The position numbers and the translations under genes were made by a program. A DNA stretch of 64,000 nt from the human T2T-CHM13v2.0 reference genome, Homo sapiens. The stretch is from NCBI RefSeq assembly GCF_009914755.1, contig NC_060942.1. One strand, given 5' to 3'. Below are positions 42,804 to 56,085 of this stretch, in pieces (the first letter of the stretch is position 1; each line of letters opens with the position of its first letter). Under the pieces are notes generated by a model. The model saw nothing but the letters and a program-made list of their open reading frames with translations, was not told where the DNA came from and ran no database searches.

Positions 42804-43499
42804 TTTTCTTAAAGATAATAAGAAGTTGTAATATTTTCAAGTTTGAAATTCTTCTATTCTCGAAATTGAAAACAGCCCAGCCACATATCTATTCATCCCC
42901 ATCCCATAATCCCCCTCCCTGTGTGTACCTGCCCCCACCCCAGGGGGAAGTCACCCTTCTACCACTCCTTCCCTAACCACCGCCCTGTTCTTTAAGCCGC
43001 TATGCAATGCAGAGACTTATTTTATACACTCTTTAAATCACGAATTAGAAAACCTATCAAGGCAATATACATGTGCCATATAAAAATGTGTCTTCCATAA
43101 AAACTCGTTCAGTAATCACCAAGACACATTGGCCATGTTGATTGTGATGACGTCTGCTTGGGCTTTTCATAACTCAAATGCCTTTCACGAAACCCGAACA
43201 AGGTCATGACACGAAGCCTGTCCTCTCCATGACCACTTGCCTGAGGCCTTGCAGCCAGGCTCAGCATAGCCCGGCGAACAGGCGTGTGCACCGCAGCCCC
43301 ACGGAAGCACAGCTGGGTGTTTCTGACTCTGATCTTCCCACCCACTGACCCTTCCCAGGACACATCAGATGCTGCTGTGGGGGGAGCAACGAGCAGCCTG
43401 CCAGGAGGATGTGTGCTTAGGGCTCAACAGGCTAGCATGTTCGGATTTCTTCCTCCTGACTCTCAGGCCAAGTAAACAGTCATCCCGACTGCAGTTTGC

Positions 43500-43660
43500 A
43501 CAACAGATCTTTGCTCCCAAAGTAGTACCCCAAAGTGTTCTTATTCCCATTTTACACATGAGGAAACTGAGGCTCTGCGTGTTCAGACTTGCTTAAAATT
43601 ATCCAGCTCCTACAGAGGTAGAATTGGCATCAAAGCCCAGGCACCCCCCGCTGCAAAGCT
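43500..43660 (-). mobile_element. MIR fragment
   Basis: ttattcccattttacacatgaggaaactgaggctc. Confidence 0.75.
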
Positions 43661-44639
43661 CACGCCCAGCAGCTCCCGTGGCCAAACCAACCACTTCAGA
43701 AGCTAGAAGCATAACCTTTCTGTCCCTCCCAGAAGACCCCACTTCCTGACTGTAAAGGAATGAGGACATTTATCATATGGAGAGGCCCCCGGCAGGGAGC
43801 CGAGGCCACCAAGAGCTCCATGTCCCTAAATCTCTGGCTGTGCTCCAACTTTGGACAACGACAGGGGGGCGACAGCATCCTGGGGACAAAGGACTTCTGG
43901 AAACCCAGGGGGTCGCTCCTCTCCCCAAGTGTCAAGGCTCATTTCTACTCCATCATCTCTTGTCCTAACTTTTATGGAAGCCTGATAAACCACTTCTAAG
44001 CATGTATGTAATGTTTGCTTTCATGGGACAGTCTCAGTGAAATTCTATCTCGGTCACAAATCTCTGAGCTTTGTAAATGTCAAACAGAATCAGTTTTCTA
44101 ATACTTGGTAATGGAGGCATCAAAATTCCCCTTCTCTCTCTCTGACAGGAGCCGAGCATCTGAGGTTTCCTGCTCCTGAGAGAAAGCCCCGGCTGCCCAG
44201 GCTCAGGTGAGTTTTAGGGTCTCGGGAACCGTCCATCCCCCAGCTTCACTCACAACAGCAAGCTGGCCGGGACACCCCAACAATGCCCCCTGGCCCTCAG
44301 GGACCCTCCGTGGCCTGCTGAGCCATTAGCTACAGAGTCTTCATGGATTCACCAGTGCTGTGGCTTCGTGACACTCAGGAAACAAAACTCAGGCAAGATG
44401 ATGAATTTCAGAGAGAAATTTGAGAATTTAAGGTGAAATAGTGGCACACCCTGAGGCCCTCAAACTGTGTAGGGACGGATCGCTGGGCACCAGGCCCAAG
44501 GGGCACTCCGTCCCCTGGAAGTCACCAGAAGTCCTGGGCGCCGCGGCCACTGAACTGCCTTGCGGCTTCCTGCTGGATATTTTAAGTGCATGAAAGAGGT
44601 CGGCAGACACCTTGTTTGGATTCATAAATGGGCTCCCAC

Positions 44640-44868
44640 CTCATATTCCAGGCCTGAATTTAATTTGTTTAATATTCCCAACACTAACGATGCCTGTTTA
44701 AGACATCCTGTTAAAAGTTTGTAACATTAATTTAATGGAAAAATGCCAGTATCACTCTAAGAACTCTATTAGATTTTCTCCCTGTTAAATTAATGTTACT
44801 AACTTTTAATGGATGTTGTAATTAGATGTTATTATTCACGGGAATATTACCCAAATTAAAATCAGAAC
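44640..44868 (-). pseudogene. Candidate SEA-like exon, phase 1-2, 6 stops: (G)SDFNLGNIPVNNNI*LQHPLKVSNINLTGRKSNRVLRVILAFFH*INVTNF*QDVLNRHR*CWEY*TN*IQAWNM(S)
   Basis: tgtgtctctctcag|GT acceptor; GAG|gtggga donor; joins the exon at 41418 in frame. Confidence 0.5.
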
Positions 44869-46485
44869 CTGAGAGAGACACAGCATAGATGTACAAGTGC
44901 ATAAAGCCGTGGCATCTGGATGCTGCGCCGGCCGGCGGCGGGCCGGACGCCCGGCCTGTGCTCCCCAGAACCGGCCTCAAAGTCAGGCACTGGGGTGCTG
45001 GGCAGGGCGTGTGCAGGCACAGGCTGCAGCTCCCATTTAGGAAGGAAGTGATGGCTCCCCACACACCCTGCAGGAGGACAAGGAGCCATCTTCCAATTTC
45101 ACAATCAATTTAAAGGGTCACTCTCCATCCGGCCTGATTGGGTTCGGCAGTTTGAAATTGACTGTTTGGGTTGTAAAGCTCTCCTGCCTTCCTAGCCAAT
45201 TTTAAAAAGAGGTGGCTAAGCTACCAGCTTATTATGAGCTAGAGAGCAGAAACACAGGGAATGTCATGAATTTAGAGCTGCTGGGTCTGACCCTGGCCAG
45301 AGATGGGAAAACAACAAAGCCCTATTGCTTGTCTGGGGTCTCATGGACGTGCCGCCGTGCCGGGTCCTAGAGGAAAAGCTGACTCCACACCTGCTGCTGG
45401 CAAGAGGCTGGGGTGGGGACCCCAGGCTGGGCTCAGGCTTGGCAAGAGACCCACCCTCTGCACCCAGTTTTCCTCACGATGAGGTCTCAGAACCACACAG
45501 CAAACCCAGTCCATGTTTCACAGGCAATTCCCCACACTCAAGCGTTCTGTTTGGGAGAGGGACATGCAGGAGCTCATGGTTATGGGGACACTGGCTCCCC
45601 ACCAAGCAGGTACATGATGTCCTCGTGAAACACAAAGTCAACACAAAGCTGGGGGACCCCAAACAGAGACCACTGATAAACCATCCACAAATACCCTAAT
45701 GGCATTCGACTGTGGTTTTAAACTCAGGTCTGAAAGCGTGTGCTTTGGATTTCTGCTACCTCTGTTCCTTTCCTTCCAGGGTCTGGTGGCAGTGTCAGTC
45801 GCCGAGGGACAGAAGAGTGAGTCAGGACAATCAAAAGGAATTTACAACCCACAGATTAGGTGATAAGCCCAGAATCATTGCAGTGATGACCCCCCCACTG
45901 CGGCCTCCCTCCACACCCTGCCAGAGAAAGGACCCCTACACCACACCACACCCAGCTGGAGTCAGCTGCACTCCGGAGGCCACATGTTGTCTTGCCATGC
46001 CGCATGTGCACACCCGTCTGCCCACAGGCACAAGCCAGCCGCAGCTTCTTTCACGTTCCCAAGCCTCGCCTAAGCCCTGGCACAGAGTGGGCACGTGACC
46101 ATTTTGGTGAAGGGACACGTTCATGAAGAATGGATGAGAGAAGTGTATTGTGACCACTGGACAAGAGAGAGCAAAGAAAGGACTTCTTGTAGCTTGGTCC
46201 CTTCTGAGAGAACTGTTATAAAGGATTATTGAAGGTAATACTTTAAAAGGCAATCACACGTCTCCTAAATTGGAATTCCAACCAGCCATCTGAGAACTTG
46301 AGCATGGTGTCAGGAAGAGCAACGGCGACATGAGAGCTGAGAGTGGGAGAACAGTGGACTCACGGGTTGAATGGATTGTCTGGAGTGTTTGCACACTTCT
46401 TTCAACACCCAGTGCTCCAGCCCGGTGAGCTCCTGATGCGGCCTTTGTGGGTGCTCCAGGTGTCCCTCACCCCAGTCCCAACTAT

Positions 46486-46760
46486 GCTAGGTGTAGGTGG
46501 GATACACTCCCTCACTGGGTATGGGTGGGATACACTCCCTCACTGGGTATGGGTGGGATACACTCCCTCACTGGGTATGGGTGGGATACACTCCCTCACT
46601 GGGTATGGGTGGGACACACTCCCTCACTGGGTGTGGGTGGGACACAATCCTTCACTGGGTGTGGGTGGGATATACTCCCTCACTGGATGTGGGTGGGATG
46701 TACTCCCTCACTGGGTGTGGGTGGGACATAGGTGTGGGTGGGATGTAGTTGCCAGTGGGA
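46486..46760. repeat. 28-bp G-rich VNTR, about 9 copies
   Basis: gggtatgggtgggatacactccctcact units. Confidence 0.95.
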
Positions 46761-46879
46761 TGTAATCCCTCCTGACTCCCTCCCGAACACATTAGGTTTG
46801 CAGGTTATGATAAATGCCACCTCATTATAGTAAAGAAATGCAGAGGCCAGCCCTCTCCTAATGGTTGGAAACTGGGCTT

Positions 46880-48270
46880 GGTCATGATACTGGTACAATA
46901 ACAAACACAAAAACCGCTGGAACAGAATAGGAAACCCAGAAATAAACCCACACACCTGCAACCATCTGATCTGCAACAAAACCAACAAAAAAGAGCAATG
47001 GGGAAAGACTCCCTCTTCAATAAATGGTGCTGGGATAGCTGACTAGCCATGTGCAGAAGAATGAAAATGGAGCCCTGTCGCTCACTGTATATGAAAATTA
47101 ACTCAAGATGATGAAATATTTAAATGTAAGACCTCAAACTATGAAAATCCTATAAGAACACCTAGGAAATACTCTTCTCAACATTAGCTTTGGCAAAGAA
47201 TTGTTGGCTATGTCCCCAAAAGCAATTGCAACAGAAAGAAAAATTGTCAAGTGGGACCTAATTAAACTAAAGAGCTTCTGCACAGCAAAAGAAATTATCA
47301 ACAGAGTAAACAGACAGCCTACAGAATGGGGGAAAGTATTTGCAAACTATAAATCTGACAAAGGTCTAATATCCAGGATCTACAAAGAACTTAAACAAAT
47401 CAAGAAGCAAAATACCAAACAATCCAATTTAAAAATAGGCAAGGGACATGAACAGACACTTCTCCAAAGAGGACACACAAGCAGCCAACAAACATATGAA
47501 AAAATTATCTACATTGCTAATCATCAGAGAAATGCAAAACAAAACCACAATGCGATATCATCTCATGCCAGTCCAAATGGTTATTATTAAAAAGTCAAAA
47601 AATTACAGAGGCTGTAGAGAAAAGGGACAATTACACAGTGTTTGTGAGAATGAAAACTAGTTCAGCCACTGTGGAAAGCAGTTTGAAGATTCCTCAAAGA
47701 ACTTAAAATAGAATTACCAATTCACCCAGCATTCCCACTACTGGATATATACTAAAGGAAAATAATTCATTCTATCATAAAGACACTTGCACTTATATGT
47801 TCATGGCAGCAGTATTCACAGCAGCAAGGACATGGAATCAACATATATACCCATCAACAGTGAACTGGATAAAGAAAACATGGTACCTATACACCATGGA
47901 ATACTACACAGTCATAAAAAAGAACTAAATATACCCTTTGCAGCAACATGAAGGAATTGGAGGCCTTTATCCTAAGCAATCTAACACAAGAACAGAAAAC
48001 AAAATACCACATGTTCTCACTGACCAGTGGGAACTAAACATCAGATACACACAACTGTGAAGGTGGGAACACCAGCGGGGGTCACTAGAGGGGAAGGGAG
48101 GGTGGGAGGCATGGGCTGAAAAACCAACTGTTGGGTACTACACTTACGGCCTGGGTGACAGGATCATTGGGACTCCAAGCCTCAGTATCATGCAATTTAC
48201 CCCTGTAACAAATCTACACATGCACCCTTTAATCTATAGAAAAAGTTGAAATTTATTAAAAAACAGAAAG
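46880..48270 (+). mobile_element. L1 3' portion (L1PB or old L1PA-like): ORF2 C-terminus plus 3' UTR
   Basis: [27 protein letters not shown] and MNRHFSKED are L1 ORF2 motifs; frameshifted. Confidence 0.93.
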
Positions 48271-48704
48271 AAACAGGACTTGATATTGATGTCAAAGAGT
48301 TATAGTTTTAAGTTTATTAAGGAGCCTTGCCAAGTCTTAGTTTCTTGGCCTGTAAAATGGGATTGTTAATAACTAACCCACTAGGTATTATGGGAACAAA
48401 TGAAGCTAATGTAAGATTTTAATAAATACTGGTTATTATTCATGTTCATCAGTTACTTTGTATGTACATTTATGATTAAAGACTTAGCTATAGAGAGAAA
48501 AGCCCCAGAGCCTCAACAAGAAGTCTGAATACTTTTCAGCTACCAAAAAATACTTGGTTTCCAAACAAGTATTAATGTATTCATAAGTAGTTTTCTCTGT
48601 GTTCTGCTTACTATGTTTGAATAATGTCTTAACTGGGGTAGGAGAAGGCTACAGCAGCTATATTGTCATCTAAGTACTAAAAGCATCAGTGCTGAATAGT
48701 GTTA

Positions 48705-49385
48705 GGAAGGCAAGGATGGCTCAATGTGCAAACATCAATTGATGATGCAGGACCATATTAATAAAGATAAAAACAAAAACACACACACTCGTCTCAATAG
48801 ACACTCATCCCAAAAGAAGCACTTGATAACATCAAACACTGTTTAATGATAAAAGCACTCAACAAACTGGAAATGGGACACAATTTTCTCAACTTGACAA
48901 AGAACATCTACAAAAACTCACAGCCTTATATCTAACGGTAAGACTAAAAGTTTTCCCCCTACATCAGAAACAAGACCAGGATGTCTGCTCTCACCACCTT
49001 CAATCAACATTGTACTAGAAGTTCTGGCCAGGGTGATTAGGTAAGAAAAAGAAATAAAAGACAGCCAGACGGGAAAACAAGTAAAGCTATTTCTATTCAC
49101 ATAAGGAAAATCCTGAAGATCCAAACCCACACAAAAAGAACAAAAAACAATTAGAGCTAATAAGTTCAGCCAAATTTCAGGAAGGAGATAATAAATGCTC
49201 GGGTCTGGAAGTGGAGCAGAACTGCCAGTGGATACCAGGTTCATTAGGCAGCGGGTGATGAAATGTTCTGGCATTAGATAGTAGTGAAGACTGCACAATT
49301 TTGCAAATTTACTTAGTGTCACTGAATTGTACACCCTAAAAGTGTACATTTTACAGTATGTGAATTATATCTTAATTGGAAAAGA
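48705..49385 (+). mobile_element. Old L1M fragments (ORF2 piece plus 3' end)
   Basis: tcaacattgtactagaagttctggcc; actgaattgtacac...tgtgaattatatcttaat. Confidence 0.8.
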
Positions 49386-50411
49386 ATACGCTAACATTCA
49401 GCTTCTGTTGGAATTTGTCCATTTCTAGGCGCCAAGCACTCAAGAGAGAAAGCAAAATAAAAATTGAGGAAAGAAAGCATGGTCCATTCACTTGGGAAAA
49501 GTGCTGCCTTTTCCCACACACACACACACACAAAATCCAGTTTAAGCCGATCCTACAACCTCACCCTACGTTAATGGAACCAAAAACAACTTTAATGACA
49601 TCTATTGTTTGATGTTTATAAACCAATCTCTCTTAAACATAATAAAGTGTATAAAAGAGCATTCTCTTTTCTCCTTTCTAGGACAGATGATTTTACAGAA
49701 TAATAATAACATGTTTCACTTCAAACATTCTGATCAGTCTGTGCAGGAATTTCCACCCGGGAAAAGCAGGCTTCATTTTTAACCATCATATCTTGATTTT
49801 CTGGTCTTATTTTTTATTGTGTTGTCTACTTCCATACAGATGCATTGGGTCACCCATCACTCGGTCATATTTACTAAGTACACATGCTGACCAATCCCCA
49901 GCACTTGCATTAAATATCTCTTGAATAAATGAGTGAACACGTGAATGAATACTCAAAACATGGAGGCCCCCAGGAGTATTTTAGGAGATTAAAAGAAAGA
50001 GCTTAAGTTGGAGCCTTCTAGTTCCTGTGTCCACCATACCAGAGGCCGACTGAGCCCACGGGCCCGTGGCTGCCCAGTGATTCCTGCACAGTGGGTAAAG
50101 CTTCCCTCTGGTGGACACTAAGATGATACATACCTGGGCCCCTGCACTGAGCTGGCCCCAGGGACCAAGTGTGGGCTGTAGGAACTCAGGGAGGGAATGG
50201 GGGAGGCTTGGGGGGGTGTGCCCACAATCATGGAGCTTCCTCACTTCCTCTGGTCCTGTTCAAGCATAATCCAGATGTCCCGCCCCATCTCGAGATGGAC
50301 AGTGGGGGCCTGTCCTGGTGGGCTCATGATGGGCAGGGTGAGGACAGGGTCCCTTAGTGCCCCGGGCTCACCTACATGCCAGGGCTGACTTTGGAAGACA
50401 GATAATTCTCT

Positions 50412-50582
50412 GCTGCAGGTGCACAGCCTTCTTCCAGTGCCTGGGTACCTGCCTTTCCTCACCCAGGCTTGCCACAAACTCCATACCAGAGTCCCCCATG
50501 CTGCAGGTGCATGGCCTTGTTCCAATGCCTGGGTACCTGCATTTCCTCACCCAGGCTTGCCACAAACTCCATACCAGAGTCC
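50412..50582. repeat. 88-bp tandem duplication
   Basis: gctgcaggtgca...cacaaactccataccagagtcc at 50412 and 50500. Confidence 0.9.
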
Positions 50583-50924
50583 TCCCCGATACTGCAGCAC
50601 CATAAGTGGGAATGTCGACCTGCAGCCTGACCTGCTGCCAAGCCCTTCCTGCCAGGCCCACACAGTCTGCAGCTGCATTGTCAGTGAGGTTTGTAAGATG
50701 CAGCCATTCATTTCTCACCCAGAGAGAAGACTCCAGCCTACCCTGGTACAGGACTCCTAAAAAGCTTCAGCGAAGTGACAGGACTCTGAACCTTTGCAGG
50801 ATTTATCTCCCACCCCCTGGGCATTTGTTTCTCACCAAGATCCCACTGTGGTGGCCTCCTCTCGTCCATCCTGTCCCATCTGGACGAAGCCATCCAGGTG
50901 ATGGACCGCCATGCTGTTCCTCAT

Positions 50925-51127
50925 CAGAGAAAGGTCCCTGCGTGACTGCACAGCCATGCCCAGGCCAGGTGCCCATCAGAGAGGTCTCTGTGTGACCCGA
51001 CAGCCATGCCCAGGCCAGGTGCCCATCAGAAGGGAGGTTCCTGTGTGACTAGACAGCCATGCCCAGGCCAGGTGCCCATCAGAGAGGTCTCTATGTGACC
51101 CTATAGGCACACCCAGACCAGGTGCCA
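50925..51127. repeat. About 52-56-bp tandem repeat, about 4 copies
   Basis: acagccatgcccaggccaggtgcccatcaga units. Confidence 0.9.
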
Positions 51128-51410
51128 GCCTGTTCTTTGTCCCTGTTCTGGACACTGCAAGGCAGATGCCATGTCCCAGCTGGTGCCAAAGCCCTAAAGT
51201 CCACTCAGCTTTTCACTTCCCCATCCGTGAAGTGCTCATGTCTGTGCTGAACTCAGGCCACCTTCCATGGGATTGCAGCAGTGTTTCCAAGCTCATCACG
51301 TCCTTGTCTGTAACCGACACTTTTCTGTGAATCTGGCCTTCATAGCATGGGGTTGAAGCCCCCGTTGGGCAGGGTTGGTGTCTGGGTACCGTTGGTCACC
51401 CCGAGCACAC

Positions 51411-51528
51411 AGTGTAGCCTCTCATTAAGTCATCGCTGTGGGTGAGAGTGTTCCGTCAATAACTGCTGTTAAGTAAATCTTGAAAAGCATTTCTTCATCA
51501 TCACCAGTAAGACTCCCAGGTACGGACC
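51411..51528 (-). pseudogene. Candidate exon resembling the C-terminal half of an FN3 domain: SVPGSLTGDDEEMLFKIYLTAVIDGTLSPTAMT*
   Basis: Long pyrimidine tract upstream. Motif fits the FN3 'l.gL.p.t.Y.i.v.Av..g.S.p' pattern by eye. Donor weak. Confidence 0.4.
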
Positions 51529-53496
51529 CTAATAAATGTGATACCAAAGGGAGGAAAGGGGAAGGAGAGGGCTCGCCCTTCCTCTTCCTCCATCACAGCA
51601 CTGGCTCCGTGGTGGAGGCATGAAAGGAGCTCCTCGGGGGAAAGCAGAGAAGTCCAGCGGGATACTGTGGTTTCCATCTCAGTCATGCGTCTCCATGCGG
51701 CATGTGGACAAAAGGAGTAAAACTCTTCATCTCAGCCTCTCAAACGCTCTTCAGGCCATCCCAGGTTGTAAGAGAAGTCCGGAAGAAATACGTAAACAGA
51801 GGAAAACCTGGCTTCCTGTCGCTTGGAAACGAGGTGGAAAGTCACTGAGCAGTTCAGTCAACTCCGACTCCAGGAAGGGCAGTCACTGAATAAAGCCAGT
51901 GTTTAAGTGGAGAAGGAAAAAGAAGCTACCTACGTTTCCATGTGGCCACTTCTGTCGCACATTCACAAAACACTAAGCTCAGGCTCAGGGAAGGCGGCCC
52001 GCAGCGCAGCAAAGCATTCCACTCCCAGGAGCCGTCATTAGAACCCTAATCACTCAGGGGCACTTCCTGTCCCCTCCACCGCAGAGGTGTCCTACACTAA
52101 TTAACACCTTACCCCTGGGACGGGAGTGCATTTAGGCCAGGATGTGGTCGTCACCTTGTAAACAGCAGCTCTCTCAGCATCATGCTGCCTGTGCCCTGGG
52201 GCCATGGAAGTCCAGGCCCTGGGAACCTGCACCTCCCAGTCGCGACCTCCAGCATCTTGGTCCTGTGGCCTCTCATCAGCGGGAGAGAGCCTCGCTCCTC
52301 AGGAAAATTTTACAAAGGATTCTAACTCTCACCTGAAGGAATCCTTAGGAAGAAAAGCAGCTGTTTCCAGTCTGCTGGAGCATGGGGAAGCCAAGGATTA
52401 TGGAGATACAGGGGTTTTTTGTTTTAAACCATCCTGGACTGCAGAGTCTTCCTCTCAGGTGTTAAAGGAAGATGTCTGTCAGACCCAAGTGAACTTCGAC
52501 AGTGCCTTTAGATTGCACAGCTTCCCACGCCGGGGCACATGTTCAGCACATGTGACAAACGGGGTTCAGGTTCAGGAATGAGCTGCCGCCTGGAAGTCAG
52601 CTTGGAGACAGGCCTGACTCGGAGAATCCCTGGGCTGGCTCTGCCAAGAGGGGGTGACCCATCCCCTGGTGACACTGGGACACTCCTCTTTCCCTGTGCC
52701 CCAAGGCCACACTGGGTCAGACCCAGTGGGTGGCTTTGCAGGGCCTGCAGCCTGACTGCTCCTTGGCAAACATGGTCCAAGATGCAGAGATGACATTTCT
52801 GAGAAGCTACCCAGTAAATCAAGCCTAATAACCCCCCAACCCAAGCAGCAGTCAAGCTGAAAACCAGTGACACTGGGCTTGGGGAGAACATGGAGGACTT
52901 GTTAGTTAAAAAGTGAAAACTCAAAGAACACAAGTCCATTCCACCAGGAGGAAAGATGGCTGCAGATTCCACCAAAGGAGGAACTATTAGAGCAACAAGA
53001 AATGGCCATCACCACTCAGGTCTTCCATCAGATCTGAGGGACATGGAGGAGGCCTGTTGCTAGGATGACTGTTGGGAAGGGTGAAAATGTCAAAGCCGAG
53101 GAGAAAAAAGTGAATTCCAAGCTGGACTGAATATTTGGACATCCAACAGCCTGCCTCTTTTTTTTTACTTTTTGCTAGAATTTCACAAAAGTTTAGTTTC
53201 AAACTCTCCAGGCCCCTGATTTACTCTGAACTCAACATTCAGGTTTGGTTTTCAGCCTTACCTACACCTGGAACTGTGGCTGTGGAGGGCTCTGTGCTCT
53301 TCCCACCTCCTCTTCCTGCAGTTCCCATCAGACTCACACTGCAGGCTGCACCACGTTCATGGATAGGGCACGCGCCCGAGGACATCCCGCTTGCTCCCGC
53401 CATTCTGTTTACCACAGGTGACAACCGCCATGGCTGAGAGGCAGGGAGGTCCCCCGAGGGCCAGTGTATCCCCACCTCATGGCCTCAGAGAATGGG

Positions 53497-54346
53497 GCAT
53501 GGAAGTCCCACAGTGGAAGTCTCTCTATGAAAGTCCCTCTATGGAAGTCCCCTATGGAAGTCCTTCTATGGAAGTCCCTCTATGGAAGTCGCCTGTGGAA
53601 GTCCCAAAGTGGAAGTCCCTCTATGGAAGTCCCACAGTGGAAGTCCCTCTATGGAAGTCCCCTATGAAAGCCCCTTTATGGAAATCTCTCTATGAAAGTT
53701 TTTCTATGGAACTCCCCCTATGGAAGATCCTGTATGGAAGCCTCTCTATGGAAGTTTCTCTATGGAAGTTTCTCTATGGAAGTCCCACAGCTGAAGTCCC
53801 TTATGGAAGCCCCTCTATGGAAGTCCCTCTATGAAAGTCCCCTATGGAAGTCCCTCTATGGAAGCCCCTCTATGGAAATCTCTCTATGAAAGTCCCTCTA
53901 TGGAACTCCCTCTATGGAAGATCCTCTATGGAAGTCTCTCTACGGAAGTCCTTCTATGGAAGTCCCACAGTGGAAGTCTTTCTATGAAAGTCTCTCTATG
54001 GAAGTCCCTCTATGGAAGTCCCTGTATGAAATTTCCTCTATGGGATTCCTTCTGTGGAAGTACCTCTATGGAATCTATCTATGGAAGTTCCTCTATGGGA
54101 TTCCCTCTGTGGAAGTCCATCTATGAAAATTCCTCTATGGAAGTCCTCTATGGAAGTCCTCTATGGAAGGTCCTCTATGGAACTCCCTCTATTGAAGTAC
54201 TCTATGGAAGTCCCTCTATGGAAGTCCCTCTATAGAATATCCTCTATGGAATTCCCTCTATGGAAGTCCCTCTATAGAGGATCCTCTATCGAAGTCTGTT
54301 TATGGAAGATCCTCCATGGAAGTCCTTCTATGGACATTCCTCTATG
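53497..54346. repeat. 14-bp satellite (TATGGAAGTCCCTC)n, about 60 degenerate copies
   Basis: Direct periodicity. Confidence 0.97.
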
Positions 54347-54810
54347 ACGATGGTTTATTCCACGTGTCAGCTTGACCAGCACCGGGTGCCCAGGTCAAAC
54401 ATTGTTCTGGGTGTGTCTGTGAGGGTGTTCCTGAAACAGATTAACATCTGAATCAGTGGACCTCATCAAGTTGGCCACCCTCTGTGGAGTGGCTGGCACC
54501 TTCCAGTGCTTCGGGGCATGGACAGAACAAAAGGCGGAGGAAGGAGAAACTCCCCTTTCCTGCCTGACTGCTGGGCTGGGACCTGTGTCCTCTCCTGCCC
54601 TTGGACTAAGATTCACCCCATTGGCTCTCCTGTTCCTCAGGTCTTCAGACTGAGACTGGAACTTTTGGCTTTCCTGGGTCTCCAGGTTGCAACAGCCCAT
54701 CCTGGGACTCCTCAGCCTCAACAATTTCCTAAGCCAATTCTTCGTAACTCCTGCGTGTGTGTGTGTGTGTGTGTGTGCATGCATGTGCATTTTCTATTGG
54801 TTCTGTTTCC
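54345..54810 (+). mobile_element. MLT2 (ERVL) solo LTR with internal (TG)n
   Basis: gtgtcagcttgac...ctgggtgtgtctgtgagggtgtt...gattaacatctgaatcagtggac...ctattggttctgttt. Confidence 0.85.
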
Positions 54811-55217
54811 CCGCCTGTTGCAGGCACCTGTTGTACCTGGATCAGGATGCAATGGAAGCAGGGTCCATGTGAGCACCAGGTCCTGGGGGTCGTTCTGCAG
54901 AGATGACACCCTCTCTGGGAGGTTAACATGCAATGGCCTCAAATGAAATAACTTTCAGGCATCGTCAAACACCACATACCTGACAATATTAATTATTCTG
55001 ACTGAAGAAGTGTCCGGGCCCCAGCAGGATGAGCAGGACGTGCTGGAAACGTAGTGCTCTGTTCTCTGCCAAACCACGGATGGAAGCAAACATCGGCAGG
55101 AAGCAAATCCGAGGAGGCCACAATGGCTTCATCCGAGTGTGGAACATGTGTTTGGAAACCTATGAAACAGAAGAGCGCAGGGCAGCTTCGTCGGAGAGTT
55201 TGAGATCAAGCACTCAC

Positions 55218-55251
55218 TCTTCTTGAATATGTTTTCATTGGTCAATTAGTT
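55218..55251 (-). pseudogene. Candidate 34-nt micro-exon
   Basis: cttacag|AAC...AGA|gtgagt; stops in all three frames. Confidence 0.25.
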
Positions 55252-55546
55252 CTGTAAGTATTTGGGGAAAGCATTTCCTCAAAGGAGGGGTGTGTGCAGG
55301 TCTGTTTGAAATTATCAGAATTCCAAATGCTTGTTCTCACATCTGAAGCCAGGGCTCTGAAGCTGGGGCTGTTTCTACACCTCAAACCACTCCCATGTCT
55401 GTACTCCCGGCTCGTTGCCAGCCAGGTGCTTGACCAAGAACACTGATGGGTTCAGAAGGAGGATGTGAGACGAGATTGGCCTGTGACTGAAACTACTAGT
55501 GAGTCGTAATAATTAGATAAAAAGCTGGAACCACGTTTGTGAGCAC

Positions 55547-56085
55547 TGTAAACCAAAGTAGAAATACAGGCTGATATTTTTATTTAAATCTTTCCACAGG
55601 TATATTTTTGTTAACCCCAAATTAACAGGTCTCAGTTGATGTAGAAAGTTTATTTCACCAAGGTTAAGGATGTACCCATGACACAGCCTCAGGAGATCCT
55701 AACGACATGTGCCCAAGGTGGCCGGGCCACAGCTTTGCTTTTATACATTTTCAAGAGACGTGAGACATCAATCAACATACGTAAGATGGACATTGCTTCC
55801 ATCCAGAAAGAGCAACTCGAACCAAGGAGGGGCTTCCAGGTCATAGGTAGATAACAGACAAATGGTTGCATTATTTTGAGTTTCTGATTCATCGTTCGCT
55901 GATTGAACAATTTACAGGAAGAGTCACTCATGCCTTCGTCTGGCTTCAAGAAGCAATAGGGCGGAGGGAGCCCAGAAACGCGTTCATCCCATGTGACCAG
56001 AGGGACGACTGTGAGCTCTGCCTGTCCTTGGTCCACAGGAATATCCTTCGTGGTTTTGAGATCTCAAGATTTATTTTCCTTTCAC
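55547..56085 (-). mobile_element. MER4-group ERV1 LTR
   Basis: acagcctcaggagatcctaacgacatgtgcccaaggtgg; ends atttattttcctttcaca. Confidence 0.8.

Noticed and set aside
44925-44975. CpG-rich patch suggesting a promoter
   Set aside because: Only about 50 bp, far below CpG-island size.
47201-47660. ORFs resembling a reverse-transcriptase protein C-terminus
   Set aside because: Frameshifted L1 ORF2 remnants.
53391-54347. Repetitive WKSLYGSPSMEV ORFs
   Set aside because: All frames of a 14-bp satellite; no coding evidence.
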